Shown here in pieces: positions 50,471 through 64,000 of a stretch of DNA of 64,000 bases. The notes under the pieces are model-generated. The model saw nothing but the letters and a program-made list of their open reading frames with translations, made no database searches and was not told the DNA's origin. The stretch's first letter is position 1; each line of letters starts with the position of its first letter. The position numbers and the translations under genes are program-made. This stretch comes from Felis catus (taxonomy: Eukaryota): contig NC_058379.1 of assembly GCF_018350175.1 (NCBI RefSeq), forward strand, positions 22,196,001-22,260,000, written 5' to 3'.

Positions 50471-51330
50471 CCACGAAACTGCTTTTGTTTTACAGATGTT
50501 GGGCCTTTTACAGAACTCACCTCCTACCTTTCCAACAACTCTGTAAGTTCCCCTATGTTTACATAATAGGAAATTGAGGTTCACAGAGCTAAAGGCCTGC
50601 CCCCAGTCACACCATGGGCAAATGGGAAGCCAAGATTCAAACAGAAGGTTTTCTATCCACAAAGCCTGTCCACCTGTGCCAGAATAGAGATTCCAGACAC
50701 CTGCCTCCCACCCCCAAAAGAAGCCTTCCCTGACTGTCCCTGAGGACCTTAGGAACAGGAAAATACTAAGAGTGACAGTCAGTGAAGGCCCTTGTGAGCC
50801 GAAAGACCCTGGGATAGCTGATCCAACCTCATGCAACAGAGCTGGTCACAGCCACCACTTACACCTGAGGTCAGCTCAAGGTCACATTGCTAACTGGATA
50901 AGAACTAGGCCTTTCAGTTCCCATTGGTCTTTGTTCAAAATCCAGACAGATTCTCCTATAGGCTTGTAGGCACAGATGTTGACAGTAGTTTGTGCCTCAT
51001 TTTCCCCAGGAAAGGATATGCATGAGCTGAGAGGGAGGCAGGACGGCAGGTAGCTAAGAGCACAAGTTTGGAAGGAAGGCCTCTGTTCAAATCCCAGGTT
51101 AGCCACTTTCTGGCTGTATGCCCATTAGTGAGTACCTCGTAAAATGAGTTGGTGTGGGTTTCTTCTGCTATTACACAATTAGGTCTGTTGTACCTCTGGC
51201 TCTTTTGCTAAATGAGAATACCTGGCTGGAAGCCCTGTGTGAGGGAGAATCACAGATAGCAGAGTCAGGAGGCTTCTATTCTGTGGTGCCAACATCCACA
51301 CTGCAAGCTCTAGGTGACTAGTAAAAAAAA

Positions 51331-51408
51331 TTTTTTTAAATATTTTATCATTTTTTTGAGAGCAAATATGAGCGGTCAGTGTGTGTGTGTGTGTGTGTGC
51401 GTGTGTGA

Positions 51409-51453
<45 letters not shown>

Positions 51454-51833
51454 GAGAGAGAGAATCCTAAGCAGGCTCCACACTGTCAGTGCAGAGCCAG
51501 ATGTGGGGTTCAATCCCATGGACTGGGAGATCATGACCTAAGCCGAAATTAAAAGTCAGATGCTGGGGCACCTGGGTGGCGCAGTCGGTTAAGCGTCCGA
51601 CTTCAGCCAGGTCACAATCTCGCGGTCCGTGAGTTCGAGCCCCGCGTCAGGCTCTGGGCTGATGGCTCAGAGCCTGGAGCCTGTTTCCGATTCTGTGTCT
51701 CCCTCTCTCTCTGCCCCTCCCCTGTTCATGCTCTGTCTCTCTCTGTCCCAAAAAAAACTAAATAAAAACGTTGAAAAAAAATTAAAAAAAAAAAAAGTCG
51801 GATGCTTAACCGACTGAGCCAACCAGGAGCCCC
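51331..51833. mobile_element. Older CanSINE (-) with (TG)n, split by a young felid SINE (+, 51565-51792)
   Basis: TSD AAAAGTC(A/G)GATGCT (51551-51564, 51793-51806); the host head resumes after the insert. Confidence 0.9.
51379..51452 (+). repeat. (TG)n microsatellite (shorter one at about 25674-25703)
   Basis: Read directly from the sequence. Confidence 0.95.
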
Positions 51834-52633
51834 TGACCTCAGATATTTAATTCAATTTCTTTAGAGAAGAGCCATACTATTTTCTGCCTGGGAGAAATGT
51901 TACCTGCACTTTGGAAACTTGAGTATAGAGAAGGGTAGGACAGTAGGTTGGAGCGGTTATCCAACCCCCTCTCCATTCCCATCCACCCCAGGTTGTGTAT
52001 GAGTTTATTATATACTGAGTAGATACAAAAGAATATTATAAACTATGTGTAGGGCATACAAATAACAGTACAAGTGACACCCATGAGCTTACTAACTAGC
52101 TTAAGGAATAAAATGTCTTATTTTAGTTCACTTTTCTCCCTCCTCCCTTCTTCCATAACCTGTTGACTTTGAGCCCAAAGCCTCCATGGATTTTTTTCAA
52201 GCCAACTGACTCCTGTCTCCTCTTTAGTTGGCTAAGAGAATATTCTCTACTGCTACTTCCACCTGATTCATTCATCAAGATCTCTCATCCTCTTCCACAT
52301 TCCAAGCACCTGTTGAAATTTCTCATTCATCAGTTATCCATCTTTAAAACTGAAACGCCCCAACATGGCCTCACCAAGCCCCCTTAACTGTTTTCTTTAT
52401 CTCCGACAGAATTTGTCACCTTCTAAATGATTTCTTTGGTTTATTTATGTCTCTTCTTATTAGAATATAAGCTCCAGGATGGCAGAAATTTTTATCAGAT
52501 TTATTTCACTGCTCTACCATCAAGGCCTAGAAGAAGACTTTTCATATGATATGACTTCAATGAATACCTGTTAAATGAAGTCTTCTTTCTAGTTCTCTTT
52601 GCTGTTGAGTGTTTAGTACTTTTAGAATTTACT

Positions 52634-52857
52634 GGGGCACCTGGGTGGCGCAGTCGGTTAAGTGTCCGACTTCAGCCAGGTCACGATCTCGCAGTCCGTG
52701 AGTTCGAGCCCCGCGTCGGGCTCTGGGCTGATGGCTCAGAGCCTGGAGCCTGTTTCCGATTCTGTGTCTCCCTCTCTCTCTGCCCCTCCCCTGTTCATGC
52801 TCTGTCTCTCTCTGTCCCAAAAATAAATAAACGTTGAAAAAAAAAATTAAAAAAAAA
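52634..52857 (+). mobile_element. Young felid CanSINE
   Basis: CpG-rich; perfect TSD AGAATTTACT. Confidence 0.93.
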
Positions 52858-54446
52858 AGAATTTACTATACTTCTTTTTCACTGGAGTCTCAAGAAAGAT
52901 GGGAGCCCAACATGGGTGCTACTAGTGCCTCCTGAACTAGAAGTCTCAAAGTCAGTGGTTCTTAATGTGTGTGTGTGGGGGGGGGGGGGGGAGGGATTGA
53001 GGACCCTTATAAAATTTTGATGAAACCTACAGAATCTATAAATCAGCATTTACATATAAAATTTTACATATAGTTTATGAAGACCATGAACTTCATCTTA
53101 AGGACCTGTGATCTTAGAACATTTCTGGAAAGATGCATAGAAACTGTTAACTTGGTTGTCCCAGACAGGAGGAAGTGGGGAGTTCTCATTTCATTATGTA
53201 CCCTGTACATTTCAATTTTGTATAAAGTGTAAGTTTACAGTTGTAGAAACTAGTTAAATATTTTAAAGGAACCTATGTTCTGGCACTTAGGGGTGATCAC
53301 AAACTCACATGTCTTCAGGGGCCAGGGAGGTAAACGCACTTGGCCAATGGTGGTGGTTGGGGCTGTTGCTAATCAGAACTTGTATATCCCACTCAAAGTG
53401 CTTAACTTTCACAGCACGGAAAACATGGTGTTGATCAAACTCGATATCCCCACTGTCAGCCCTGAGAGGACTATTGGTTAGCAACCTCTGTTTTGCCCTC
53501 TGCTTAGAGTGATAGAAATCCTAGGTTGTGTTTGAAAACCTTTCTGGGTAGTCAAAGAATCCTCAGTGCTAGGGTATGCAGAATCTCTGAAGCGGTAGAA
53601 GGAAAAAGAAAATAGAAAACCTCTTGGAAATGACCTGGGAGCTCCAGAGAAAATGGTGGTGCATGACACAAATTTTACAAAGGGGTAGCCAAGTCTCCCT
53701 TTTGCCTATTTGTCCAACCCCTACCTAGTGGGGCCTCCCAGTCCCATTAGAGAACAAAGGGAGGATGGTAGACAATGACAACACCAGGTATGAGAGACAG
53801 ATGGGGTAGGTCTAGGTCCAGGAAGGAGAGCTAACCTCAGGGCAGGCTTCATGAAGGTGGACCAGGAGTCAAGCCCTGAAGGGTCTGGGCTGAATATCAA
53901 GTGGAGAGGTGGGAGGGCTGTATTCCTAGCAGAGTAAACAGTAGGATCAAAGGTTCCAGGTAGAAAATCAAGAGGCCTCTTTGGAGAAGAGAATTCATGA
54001 AGTTTGGCTCATGGGAAGAAACACAGGAAATAAGCTTGGAAAGCTAGGTTCCACAGGATTAGGTGCTCCTGGTCCTCTAATTTACATTTGGAATGAAGCT
54101 AAGGAACTGTTTTTTCCCCTGTGACCACTTCATCCTGCAGAGCCTGTGTACTTGGCCCCATAGAACCACCAGAGGAAGGCTTGGTTGGGGTCCCTCAGTG
54201 ACTGACCACTGCTCCATGACCAGGTTCCCCCAGGTAGTCATTGACATACAGAGGCTCTGAGGCCCTGAATGGGTTATAGATGTATCTCAGTCCATCCTTT
54301 TCCTCCTGAGCAATTAACTAAAATTCAGGGAAGAGAGAAGTCCATCAAGACCCAGAGATGGGATGTATGTTGCCCAGGGTCTCAGAGCAAATTGAGGGGC
54401 TCACTCTCCTCTTTTTTCCTCAGGCTGTCTCTTAAAAATAAAAAAG

Positions 54447-54634
54447 CTTATTTATTTATTTTGAGAGAGAGAGAAAGAGAGAAAGCATGTGCACAAGCAG
54501 GGGAGGGGCAGAGAGAAAGGGAGAGAATCCCAAGCAGGCTCCTCACCGTCAACATGCTGCCTGACACGGGGCTCGATCCCACAAACTATGAGATCATGAC
54601 CTGAGCTTAACCAACTGAGCCACCTAGGTGCCCC
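54447..54634 (-). mobile_element. CanSINE
   Basis: TSD CAGGCTG(T/C)CTCTT. Confidence 0.85.
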
Positions 54635-57600
54635 GCACCAGGCTGCCTCTTAAGGTTTACATGTCGACTCCAAGTACATCTCAACGATCGCCACCACAAT
54701 CCTCTTCATATTTACCCCATGAGGTGCCAGGCCTCATGCCATGTTCCTGATGTGAGCATTAGCTCACTGAGTTCTAAGAACAAGCCTATAATGTAGATAC
54801 CACAATTATTCCCATTATCAGATGAGGAACTAAAGCTCCAAATGGGGGGGTGGGGTGGAGGGTAAAATAGCTTTCTCCTGAGAGATAGAGCTGAGATTCT
54901 GACTCAGAGTCATCCAACTACAGAGCCCATGTACATCAGATGAATGAAACCTCACTGTGGCAGTGAAGAATGAGGACACATGAATCCTCAAGGCTTGTGG
55001 GCAGCATTTCCAGTGGCTAAAGGGTTGAACAGGGCAAGTGCAGCCCCAATGGTTCTTCCTGTAGAACCCAAAGGAGGTACCAGCCACCAGCAGCCAGGAT
55101 TTTCATCTGATTCATTTTCCCCCACTAGGGACTATTCAAATGTAACCTCCATGAGGGCAAAGGATTTGAGCCAGCCAGCAGCTGAGAGATCTAATGCGAA
55201 TAATGGAGGGCAGGAGGGCATGTGCACTTGAATGACAGTGACTTGGTGACAGAACCTTTAAAATGCTCCCAGATGAGCAGAGTGGCTAAAGTAATCTCAT
55301 TAGGAATTATTCTGCCAAGTGATAAATAACATTAGTAAAGCAAAGTTCAGCCTGAATTATCATTTGGGATAAACCTGGATTAGCTAAGAGCAGGAGTTTC
55401 TCCCATCCATTCAAATACAGTTATCTATGGGGCATTATGTGTGCAAAGCCCTTTGCCACATCTCAGGAGCTGAGAACTGGAAGGAAGTGCAGGTATCAGC
55501 CACCAGGTTGCAGGTGGGAAAGCTAAAGCCCAGAGAAAGTTTACTTGAGAAGGTAGGGAGCCCCAGGCCTGCTTCTAGCTCTGCCTCCTCAGCCCTCACA
55601 GCTGGGCAGAATTCCAAAGTCATCAGCTGGACCAGGCTCTGTACTACAATACCCAAAGTAACACTTCTCAATTCAACAAGGGGCTGGACTGGGATAGGTC
55701 CCCACCTCTCTGTGCTACGGGTCCCCAGGAATTGAATGACTTGGCCTCCCTCCCAGACCCCAGCACACAAGCTCCTGCCTTCCAGCAGATCCTGACTGAG
55801 CTCACAACTGTCTGCTGACCCCTTGTGGTCACTGTGGGATCTGTTCTGGCCCAGTAGCCTGGGCCTTGGTTGCTCCTCTGGGACATTCTGGCCTAGTAAC
55901 CTCACTTCTCAAGGCGCTTTCCCACCACTTACCTTGTGGGGTCCTCCCTACAATCCCAGGAGGCTAGGAGAGCCAGGATCCCCACTCCCACTTTACAAAT
56001 GAGTGGCAGCATCCTGCAATCCAGTCCTAAATCCACCATGAATTCCTTACTTAACCTTGACAAATCAGTTCCCCTCTCCCTGCCTCACTTACCCACCAGT
56101 AAAATAAGAGAAGTGACCCGCACCAGGCAGCCCTAAGGTTTTTTGAGCCCCACAAACTCCCAGAGTGGAGAGGTGACTTGCTCACCCAAGGTCAGAGTGA
56201 AGCCAGGCAGAAGCACTCCCAGCCGGCAGGCCACCCCACTTCTCCCCACTGATCAGGAAAACTGAGAGGCATCACAGCAAACAAGAAAATGAGTTCTTCC
56301 ACCTTTGTGTTCTGATTATGTGCTGAAGGGCCNNNNNNNNNNNNNNNNNNNNNNNNNNNNNNNNNNNNNNNNNNNNNNNNNNNNNNNNNNNNNNNNNNNN
56401 NNNNNNNNNNNNNNNNNNNNNNNNNNNNNNNNNNNNNNNNNNNNNNNNNNNNNNNNNNNNNNNNNNNNNNNNNNNNNNNNNNNNNNTGTAAGAATTCTGG
56501 GTTCACTCTGAGCTGCAGCTGTAGCAGCCAGCTGCCTCCCCCTGCTCCCTGACAAGCTGCGGCTATAATTCTAGCTGTCTAGCCCCTTGGCAGCCCACAT
56601 TCCCCTGCTGGGGTTCCAAAGCCACTGCCCCAGTCTGACAGCCTGGAGCTGGGACCCGCCATGAGGGGATTGAGTCTTCATTTAAGACTTCCTCCCCGCC
56701 ATGTCACTGACCACCGTGGCCAACAGCAGTAGCCAGGAAGAAAGTCAGCGGCCAAGGCCATGAATAGGCCCACAACATGGGTATCCCTCACAGAGCAATT
56801 TCTGCAGCCAACAATGGCTGGAATTGGGTTCGGTGCTGACAGTGAGGCTGAGAATCACCAGAGTGACTGGATGGTATGGAAAGAGTGTGCCCTATGCATT
56901 TCATGGGCTGGATCAAACCTACTGACTCTGAGCAAGTTCCTTAGCCTCTCTGTGCCTTGGTTTTCTCACCTGTGAAATGGACATCATACCTGACAACTAT
57001 TGTCAGGATTGAATGAGGTAAAATATGAAATGCCTTGCATGAAACAGGTGCTCAGTAAATAGAAGCTCCCTCCTTTTGTTTCAGGTCATGGAGAAATTCT
57101 GGAAGGAAAACAAGGTCCACTGTGCACCCAGTACATTTTATACACTGGGAATTTTTTCCAAGTACTCTAAAGTAGTAACATGGATGTGGTGATAGAGGAG
57201 GAGGGAATGAAATGTATTTTCAGCAAGAATTAAAGGTGTGCTGAAACAGACTCGATCCCTTTCAAAGAGATTATATTCATCTGTGCCCTGCCCTCAGCAT
57301 AGCTCCTCAGACACAAAAGATATCCCACAGAGACTTCCTGAGGGTGAAACTGGGAACATGTCTTCACAGCCAGTGGGCAGTAGGTGGGACTCCTGTGCCC
57401 TACTTCATCTCGCTCATCTCTATCTCCCTAGCCCAGCCTAACTCTCCTTAAACAGCCTATCCATCCCAGGATCACTGACAAGGTCTTCTTAGCCACATGG
57501 CAGAAGGCAGACCTGGGCTTTAGTCCAGCTGCTATTACAGCTGAGGCTCCTGCAACACCATCTGTGAAATCATGCTCCAGAAGGCTCTAGGTCCCAGGCC

Positions 57601-58170
57601 CTCCACTTTCAACTAGAGTAATAAAGATGGGGAACTTAACACATGGTGGTTAGGAGATGGTCTTCAGAGTGAGACAGGCTTAGGGTGGCTTTTGTCACTT
57701 ATTAGGTGCCCAACCTTAGACAGGATTCTTACTCTCTGAGCCTTCTCACCTATAAAATGGGGCTAATAAAATTACCTACTTTGTCATTGGGAGGATTCAA
57801 TGACTCATGTTTGAAAAGAGCTGAGCCTTGTGCCTGGCACATGAGTGCTAAATAAATGTTAATATGGCAAAAGTCTTAATTACCATAATGGGCTTCCAGG
57901 CAAAATTTCATTTGAACTAATAGTTTCACACATGTGTGCATGCATGTATGTGTATCCACTGAACTAAAGAATCTCTAAACCTCCTTAACTTCAAGATTCT
58001 ATTTCTTGAACAATATCATCCCATCCAACACCCCTCCATTCTTTCCTTGCTGATTTTTCTTCTCTTTAAACTTCTTTTTCCCACCCAACAATTAAGTGGA
58101 GTCTCCAGAATTCTATCATGTCTTGTTCCCTGCTTAAATGCAACATCCCGTTTTTAATTTAAAAAAAAAA

Positions 58171-58592
58171 ATTTAATGTTTATTTATTTTTGAGAGAGAG
58201 GGAGACAGAGTGCAAATGGGAGAAGGGCAGAGACAGAGGGAGACACAGAATCTGAAGCAGGCTCCAGGCTCTGAGCTGTCAGCAGAGAGCCCAATGCAGG
58301 GCTCGAACTCACAGACCTCGAGATCATCACCTAAGCCAAAGTAGGACGCTTAACTGAGCCACCCAGGCACCCCTTTTTAATTTTTTTTTAACATTTATTT
58401 ATTTTTGAGAGATAGAGAGAGACAAAGCATGAGTGGGGGAGGGTCAGAGAGAAAGGTAGACACAGAATCCAAAGCAGGCTCCAGGCTCCGAGGTGTCACC
58501 ACAGAGACCAACAAGGGGCTCAAACCCACAAACTGTGAGATCATGACCTGAGCCGAAGTTGGACGTCCAACCGACTGAGCCACCGAGGTGCC
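58171..58592 (-). mobile_element. Two tandem CanSINEs (58171-58373, 58375-58592)
   Basis: Head-to-tail arrangement; flanks CAACAT(T)CCC. Confidence 0.88.
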
Positions 58593-60771
58593 ACAACATT
58601 CCCTGGCTTTTAATGTGAAAATGGGAAGACTAAGTCCACACAATCAGAGGTGAAGTAGTGACCTATAACATGACTCATTAGGTTGACATCTCAGCTCCAC
58701 CACCTGCTCCACTCCCAAGGATCCCCCAATCCTTCCAGCCACAGCAAGATGATGCAAAGACCCTCAGCCAAGGCCAGCCATCCAGGGGAGAAGGGTGCAT
58801 GTGGCTGGAGGCTAGACTGGGGTAAGGCTCAGAGAGAATGCATTAAATGAGATCCAGGAAGCAGGGAGACCCCGGGGACAGTTTGGAGAAAGAGGGGCTG
58901 GGGCTGCTCTGTGTGTCCTGTAAAGACTCCAGGATCCCCAGAGCCTTTCCCCTTTCCTGGTACATCAGCTGATGGTCAAGGGAAAATATTTGTGGAAAGG
59001 AAACAAATACACCAAATTTAGGAAAGACACCAAAGCGCTAACAATGGTTGATCTAACAGAAGAGGTCTTCGGCAAATATGGTCATATTGCTTGTATGATA
59101 AAATTTAAACATTGAAAATATTAAAATAAAATTTAAATATTGAAAATCAATTATTCTAATCAGTTGTGATCAGCCAAGGAAACAGACAAGAGTCTGGGAA
59201 AAGACTGCTTTTACCCCTACTGAAAAGCAGCACACTCCAGTTCTCAAAGGAAGACCATAAAGGAGGAAAAGAAAAACATCATGAACATCTCCCCCTCCCC
59301 CTCCATCTGCAGGCCACCTGGGCTGGGGACTCCTGGAGATTCAGCCTAGAGGAAGGTCTGCTGCCAGGCAGCAAGACTGGAGAGGGCATGGTGAGGACAG
59401 TGAGGACAGCCACTGAGAGTACTGATGTCCTTACCTAGCAGGTGTTGTGATGCAGAATGACCACTCCATGGCAGTAAGGAAACCTGCTTCTAGTTCTCTG
59501 CCATTAACATGCTGCATGACCTTGGGTATATCAGGTCACCTTTCTGGCCTCAGTTTCCTTATCTGGAAAATGAGGGGACTTGGTTAACTTAAAAAATATA
59601 TATATACTAGGCCCTTGCTCTATGCACTGTGCTAAAGCTATAATACAAAGAGGAACCAGTCATTTATTAAAAAAAAAACAAAAAAATAAAAAAACACCAA
59701 GTGCCTACTCCATTTACTAGGCATTGTGGTTACAGATGAGTAAGTCAGGGTTCCTGCCATTAAGACATTCACAATCTGGTTAGGGAGACAGTGAGCAAAC
59801 AAGAAATGGCCAACCATATACTCAGTGCAGACAGAGGTGTGGGCACAGGAAGGAGTGGCCTTTTCCACTGGGGCCAGGTGGGGCAAGTGTCACAGAAGAA
59901 GCCTGGACTGAATCTTGGAGGATCCTTCGTCCCTGCTCTTGAAGTCCGTACCATCTAATCGGGGTTAGGACAAATGCCCAAACAGCTACCACCTAAGGCA
60001 GAATGAAGCCACCCTAGGTAATCCAAGTTCAGAGGGGAGAAGAAGCCCATGTGACAAAGGCAGGGTGGGAGAAGGGTCAGGCAGGAGGCAGAGGAGGTCA
60101 GAAACACTTTGCAGGAAATGGCATTGAGATAAACTTTGAAAGATGAAGAGTTTTCTGACAGCCCTGGGGGGCTGAAGGGGTGTTCTGGATAAGGGGCCTG
60201 TGCATGTAAAGGCACAATGTGAGGACTGTCGAGAGTGTAGTCGGAACAGCAGGCAGGCCAGGAAGTGAGAACTGGCAAGGCTGGAAGCCAACGGGAGCCA
60301 TCATGATAAGAGCCATCAGCAGGCCCCAGGCCAACCACACCACACACCACATCCTCACACCAGTTCTTGGAGGTTGGTTCCCTCACTACTAGCCCACTCT
60401 TTCAGATAGGAAAACAGAGGCTCAGAGAGGTTACAAAGTCACACAGCTGAGGAGTAGCAGATATAGCCCTTAACCTAGGTCTGTCCAATGCCCCACCTTG
60501 ACCCCCTTACCACTAGGCAGCGGCACTATTGAATCCTTCCCATTTAAGGTACTACTGTCCCAGGACACCTGGCCTAGCATTTCACTTCAGACACATGGGT
60601 ACCAGAGGTCAATCTTTGCCTTAACCATGGAAACCAGCTTGATTCAGCCTCCTCCCAGTTAGGCAGCTACAGGACCTTCAGGATCACCTTTACCAGTACA
60701 GATGGGATGGGTAGGGGAAGGAATATTACAGTGGCTGAGGGTTTTGGTGCTCCACTGTCCGCTGATCTTAG

Positions 60772-60777
60772 TTTATT
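60772..60777 (-). terminator. Poly(A) signal AATAAA of the C5orf52-like gene
   Basis: TTTATT on the plus strand, about 95 nt downstream of the distal in-frame stop (60875-60873). Confidence 0.65.
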
Positions 60778-60872
60778 ATGGTTCTGTGATGGTGTAGGCT
60801 GGCTAGTTTCTAAGTCTCCTCCTCCTGTAGTCTAGTGTCATCATGGTTCAGGGGCAGATTATTCTGCTTTGA

Positions 60873-61106
<234 letters not shown>

Positions 61107-62479
61107 CTACTTCACAGAAAGAGAAATGCTCATGCTGCTGATATGGGGGTGGAAAATGTGCCAGATGGACCCAATATTCCATAAATATATTGACTCATAG
61201 GGAACCTCAGTTTCCCTATTTGTAAAATGTGGGCATCGAGCTAGATTACCCCTAGAGTACCTCCAACAGTCTGCAGCCCAGGGGCCTGATTTTGACCTCA
61301 ACATCTCTATTTGAAAACTGGTCAGAAAGAGGTGCGGGTGGGGAGGGTGGAGGAAAAGACCATCTTGTTCCTCCTCCTCCTCAAATCCTATCATCCCGTC
61401 CCTATGATTCATTCAGTGCTTACCACATATTGTCTGCGACATCCTCTGTATCACACTGAACTCTACTTATTTCATCTATCATATCATTTCTGTCCTGTCC
61501 CCAACAAGACTAGAAGCTCTGGGAAGGGACATTCTCTATCTTATTCACTCATGTACTTATTCCAATGAGCTAGCTGTGAGGAGGATACTAACAAAAATCA
61601 ACCACAGGTCTTCATAACAACTACAACATAGTCAGGAAGGTGGGGCACATGCCCAAATATTTCTAAGTGAGGCACAGGGTGCCATATCCCTAAAAGTACA
61701 GAGTTCAAAGAAGGGAGATATCAAGAAAAGCCTCCTGTAAGAGTGACACATAAATTGGGGCTGGGTTTTGAAGGATGGGGAAGTGTTGGGCGTGTGAAAT
61801 AAGAATCAGGTGGGAGGTGATCTTGGGGTTGACATTTTCACAAACTCTCCCAGGGACTCTAAAAATGGATGCTGTCTCAAAACCCAGCACAATATAAGCA
61901 AAGGAAAACTCCATAAAGGCCAGTCAGTGTTGCCATGATTATGTGACAAAGGGAGTTAAAGAACCTAAGTGGATCTTGGGAACAAGGGATAAAGAGGGAG
62001 GGTGGGTGATTTCTCTCTGTGTGCTCAGATTATTCCCAAGACACAAGGCCTTTGCTGTTCTTGTCAAGGTCCTGAGAAATCAGTGGCTAGTCAAAGCTGC
62101 CTCTTTGCCTAATGTGCCTCTTTTCCTTTCTGTGGGGAGACAGAAAGACTGCCATGCTGGGCCCTTAGCAAGTCACCAGGTCTACAAATAAGGAGAAGAT
62201 AGTCCTTGTCCTTAAGGGAAGATGTCCCATACCGTGGTCAGTCAGACCCAGGTTTGCAATTCTACAATGATGCACTGTATGATCTTAATGAATTTACTCC
62301 ATCTCTCTGAGCCTCAATTTCCTGAACTAGTAAGTAGGTTAATAATACATAATGGACACTGAGTATCTAAAACACATAAGGGCTCGATATAGCTTTAAAA
62401 GGAGAACTTCTGGATGGCTGGAGGGTGCTTGGCACAGCCCTCTGGTACATATAAAGCACCTCAGGAGAGTCTCCAGTTA

Positions 62480-62960
62480 TAGTATCTCAGGGATCCTCAA
62501 CCCATTTGCCAGAGGTATAACATCCCCTCCCCCACTGGTCATAGGAATTGACCCCCAATCCATCCTGAGCCAATCAGAATAGCTCATACCCACTGGCCAT
62601 ACTGACCGGGGCAACAATGGACCAGTGACACTGGTCCTGGGCCAATAGGAGTCCTTCTCCAGGAATTGTCTAATGTGAGCAACAGTGGAAACACTCCATT
62701 TCCTTTCTAGGCTACAGGCCAAGGTTTCCTGGGGCCATGCTCCCCAGGGATAGCCAGCCAACATGCAAAAAGACACAGGAAAGAGATGAAAAGGGAAAAT
62801 GGAAGATACATCCAATGGTATTGGAGCCCCTGGCTCCTCTCATCCCAAACATTGGTGATCCTGCCCTACCTATCCTTGATTATGTAAACACATTGTTCTC
62901 CATTTACTTGTACTAGTTCAAGTTCAGTTTGAGTCACCTGCAACCAATAGGATCCTAATA
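62480..62960 (+). mobile_element. Old MaLR LTR (MLT1K/L-like)
   Basis: ctgagccaatcagaa, ctgggccaataggagtccttctccaggaatt, gagtcacctgcaaccaa...atcctaa. Confidence 0.55.
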
Positions 62961-63300
62961 GACCCTAGTTTACAAATGAGAAAGAGTCCTACAGGAAATG
63001 TGATTCCCCAAGGTCACACAAAGCTGGCTTGCCCATTGCCAAGTCCACCCTCTTTCCACTAACTGTGCTATTGAAGTTTAGCAGAAGGAGAAACACCCAG
63101 ACCCCTGCTCTTCTTTTGGCCTCTAGGACCTTTAAGAGGATTTAGCATCATCTCCCGAGCCTCTTCTACTCTTTTTAATGTCAGAATCTCATAGGCCCAT
63201 CCAGATTTGGGCCTGGAATGTTGGAGAGAAGTCAGTAGAGTCAAGAAGAGGGCAGCAACTCAACTCTGGGCTGCCTGCTCTGCTTGAAGAAATGAGTACA

Positions 63301-63525
63301 GGGGCGCCTGGGTGGCGCAGTCGGTTAAGCGTCCGACTTCAGCCAGGTCACGATCTCGCAGTCCGTGAGTTCGAGCCCCACGTCGGGCTCTGGGCTGATG
63401 GCTCAGAGCCTGGAGCCTGTTTCCGATTCTGTGTCTCCCTCTCTCTCTGCCCCTCCCCCGTTCATGCTCTGTCTCTCTCTGTCCCAAAAATAAATAAACG
63501 TTGAAAAAAAAATTTTTTTTTAAAA
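63301..63525 (+). mobile_element. Young felid CanSINE
   Basis: Intact GGGGCGCCTGGGTGGCGCAGTCGGTTAAGCG head; perfect TSD AAGAAATGAGTACA. Confidence 0.93.
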
Positions 63526-64000
63526 AAGAAATGAGTACATTCTCATAGTCCATTGTGTTCACCAGCCTCTTTCTAGTGCCCAACACAGTGCCTATCCCAA
63601 AAAGCCCCTAATGATATATTTAATGAATTAATTGAGCCTGTGTGGTGAAAACACTGTTTTCTTTCCCATTCTTCTGTGGGCTTTTGGGTAAGCAGGTCTA
63701 ACCCTACTTAAAAGCAAAAAAAAAGGGGGGGGGGCTTCAGTTCTCCTCTGGAAAACAGGGGGAATCTCTGAGGGAAAAAAACAGACCTAATAGTGTTGAT
63801 GCCACTTCAAACTCTAAGACCCAAGATTTCTTTCTATAGGATATAGTAGAATCCATTTATGGATTCCCTAAATAGAGAAATAACATGATTGGAGGGGGAG
63901 AAATGCCACAAGAGCCAACAAACATAGAATCCTCTCCCTAGCTCCCGCAGCCCAAGAATAGCTAGGACATCTGGGGTAAATCAGTAACCCTGAATCTCAG

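Noticed and set aside
60508-60527. CTCF-like CCACTAGGCAGCGG
   Set aside because: Two mismatches in the GGGGGC core; too weak to call.

Overview
Mammalian genomic DNA from a cat-family carnivore (Felidae, judged from felid-type CanSINEs and L1 3' ends), with many N gaps that mostly fall inside repeats. The window holds the 5' part of OSBP2 (ORP4) on the minus strand: a CpG-island promoter, coding exon 1 (45096-44420), a 32.5-kb intron 1 and exon 2 (11875-11667), which together encode the Pro/Glu-rich N-terminus and the PH domain. Intron 1 carries an orthologue of the miR-3200 hairpin (17927-18011, sense to OSBP2). The hairpin straddles the internal/3'-LTR junction of an internally deleted ERV-L (LTR16/HERV16-type) provirus relic. 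Intron 1 also has a near-canonical REST/NRSF RE1 site (38118-38138). About 16 kb upstream of OSBP2, also on the minus strand, is the last exon of a C5orf52-like gene (61070-60873) that the ORF track misses. It has an intact branch point, acceptor and poly(A) signal but an in-frame TAG where homologues have Trp. The rest is interspersed repeat (about 30 CanSINEs, L1 fragments of several ages, MaLR/ERVL LTRs, hAT MITEs, MIRs), microsatellites and unique intronic/intergenic DNA. Nearly all other ORFs in the track are repeat-derived or chance. Gene and repeat-family names come from my recall of reference sequences, not from database searches.
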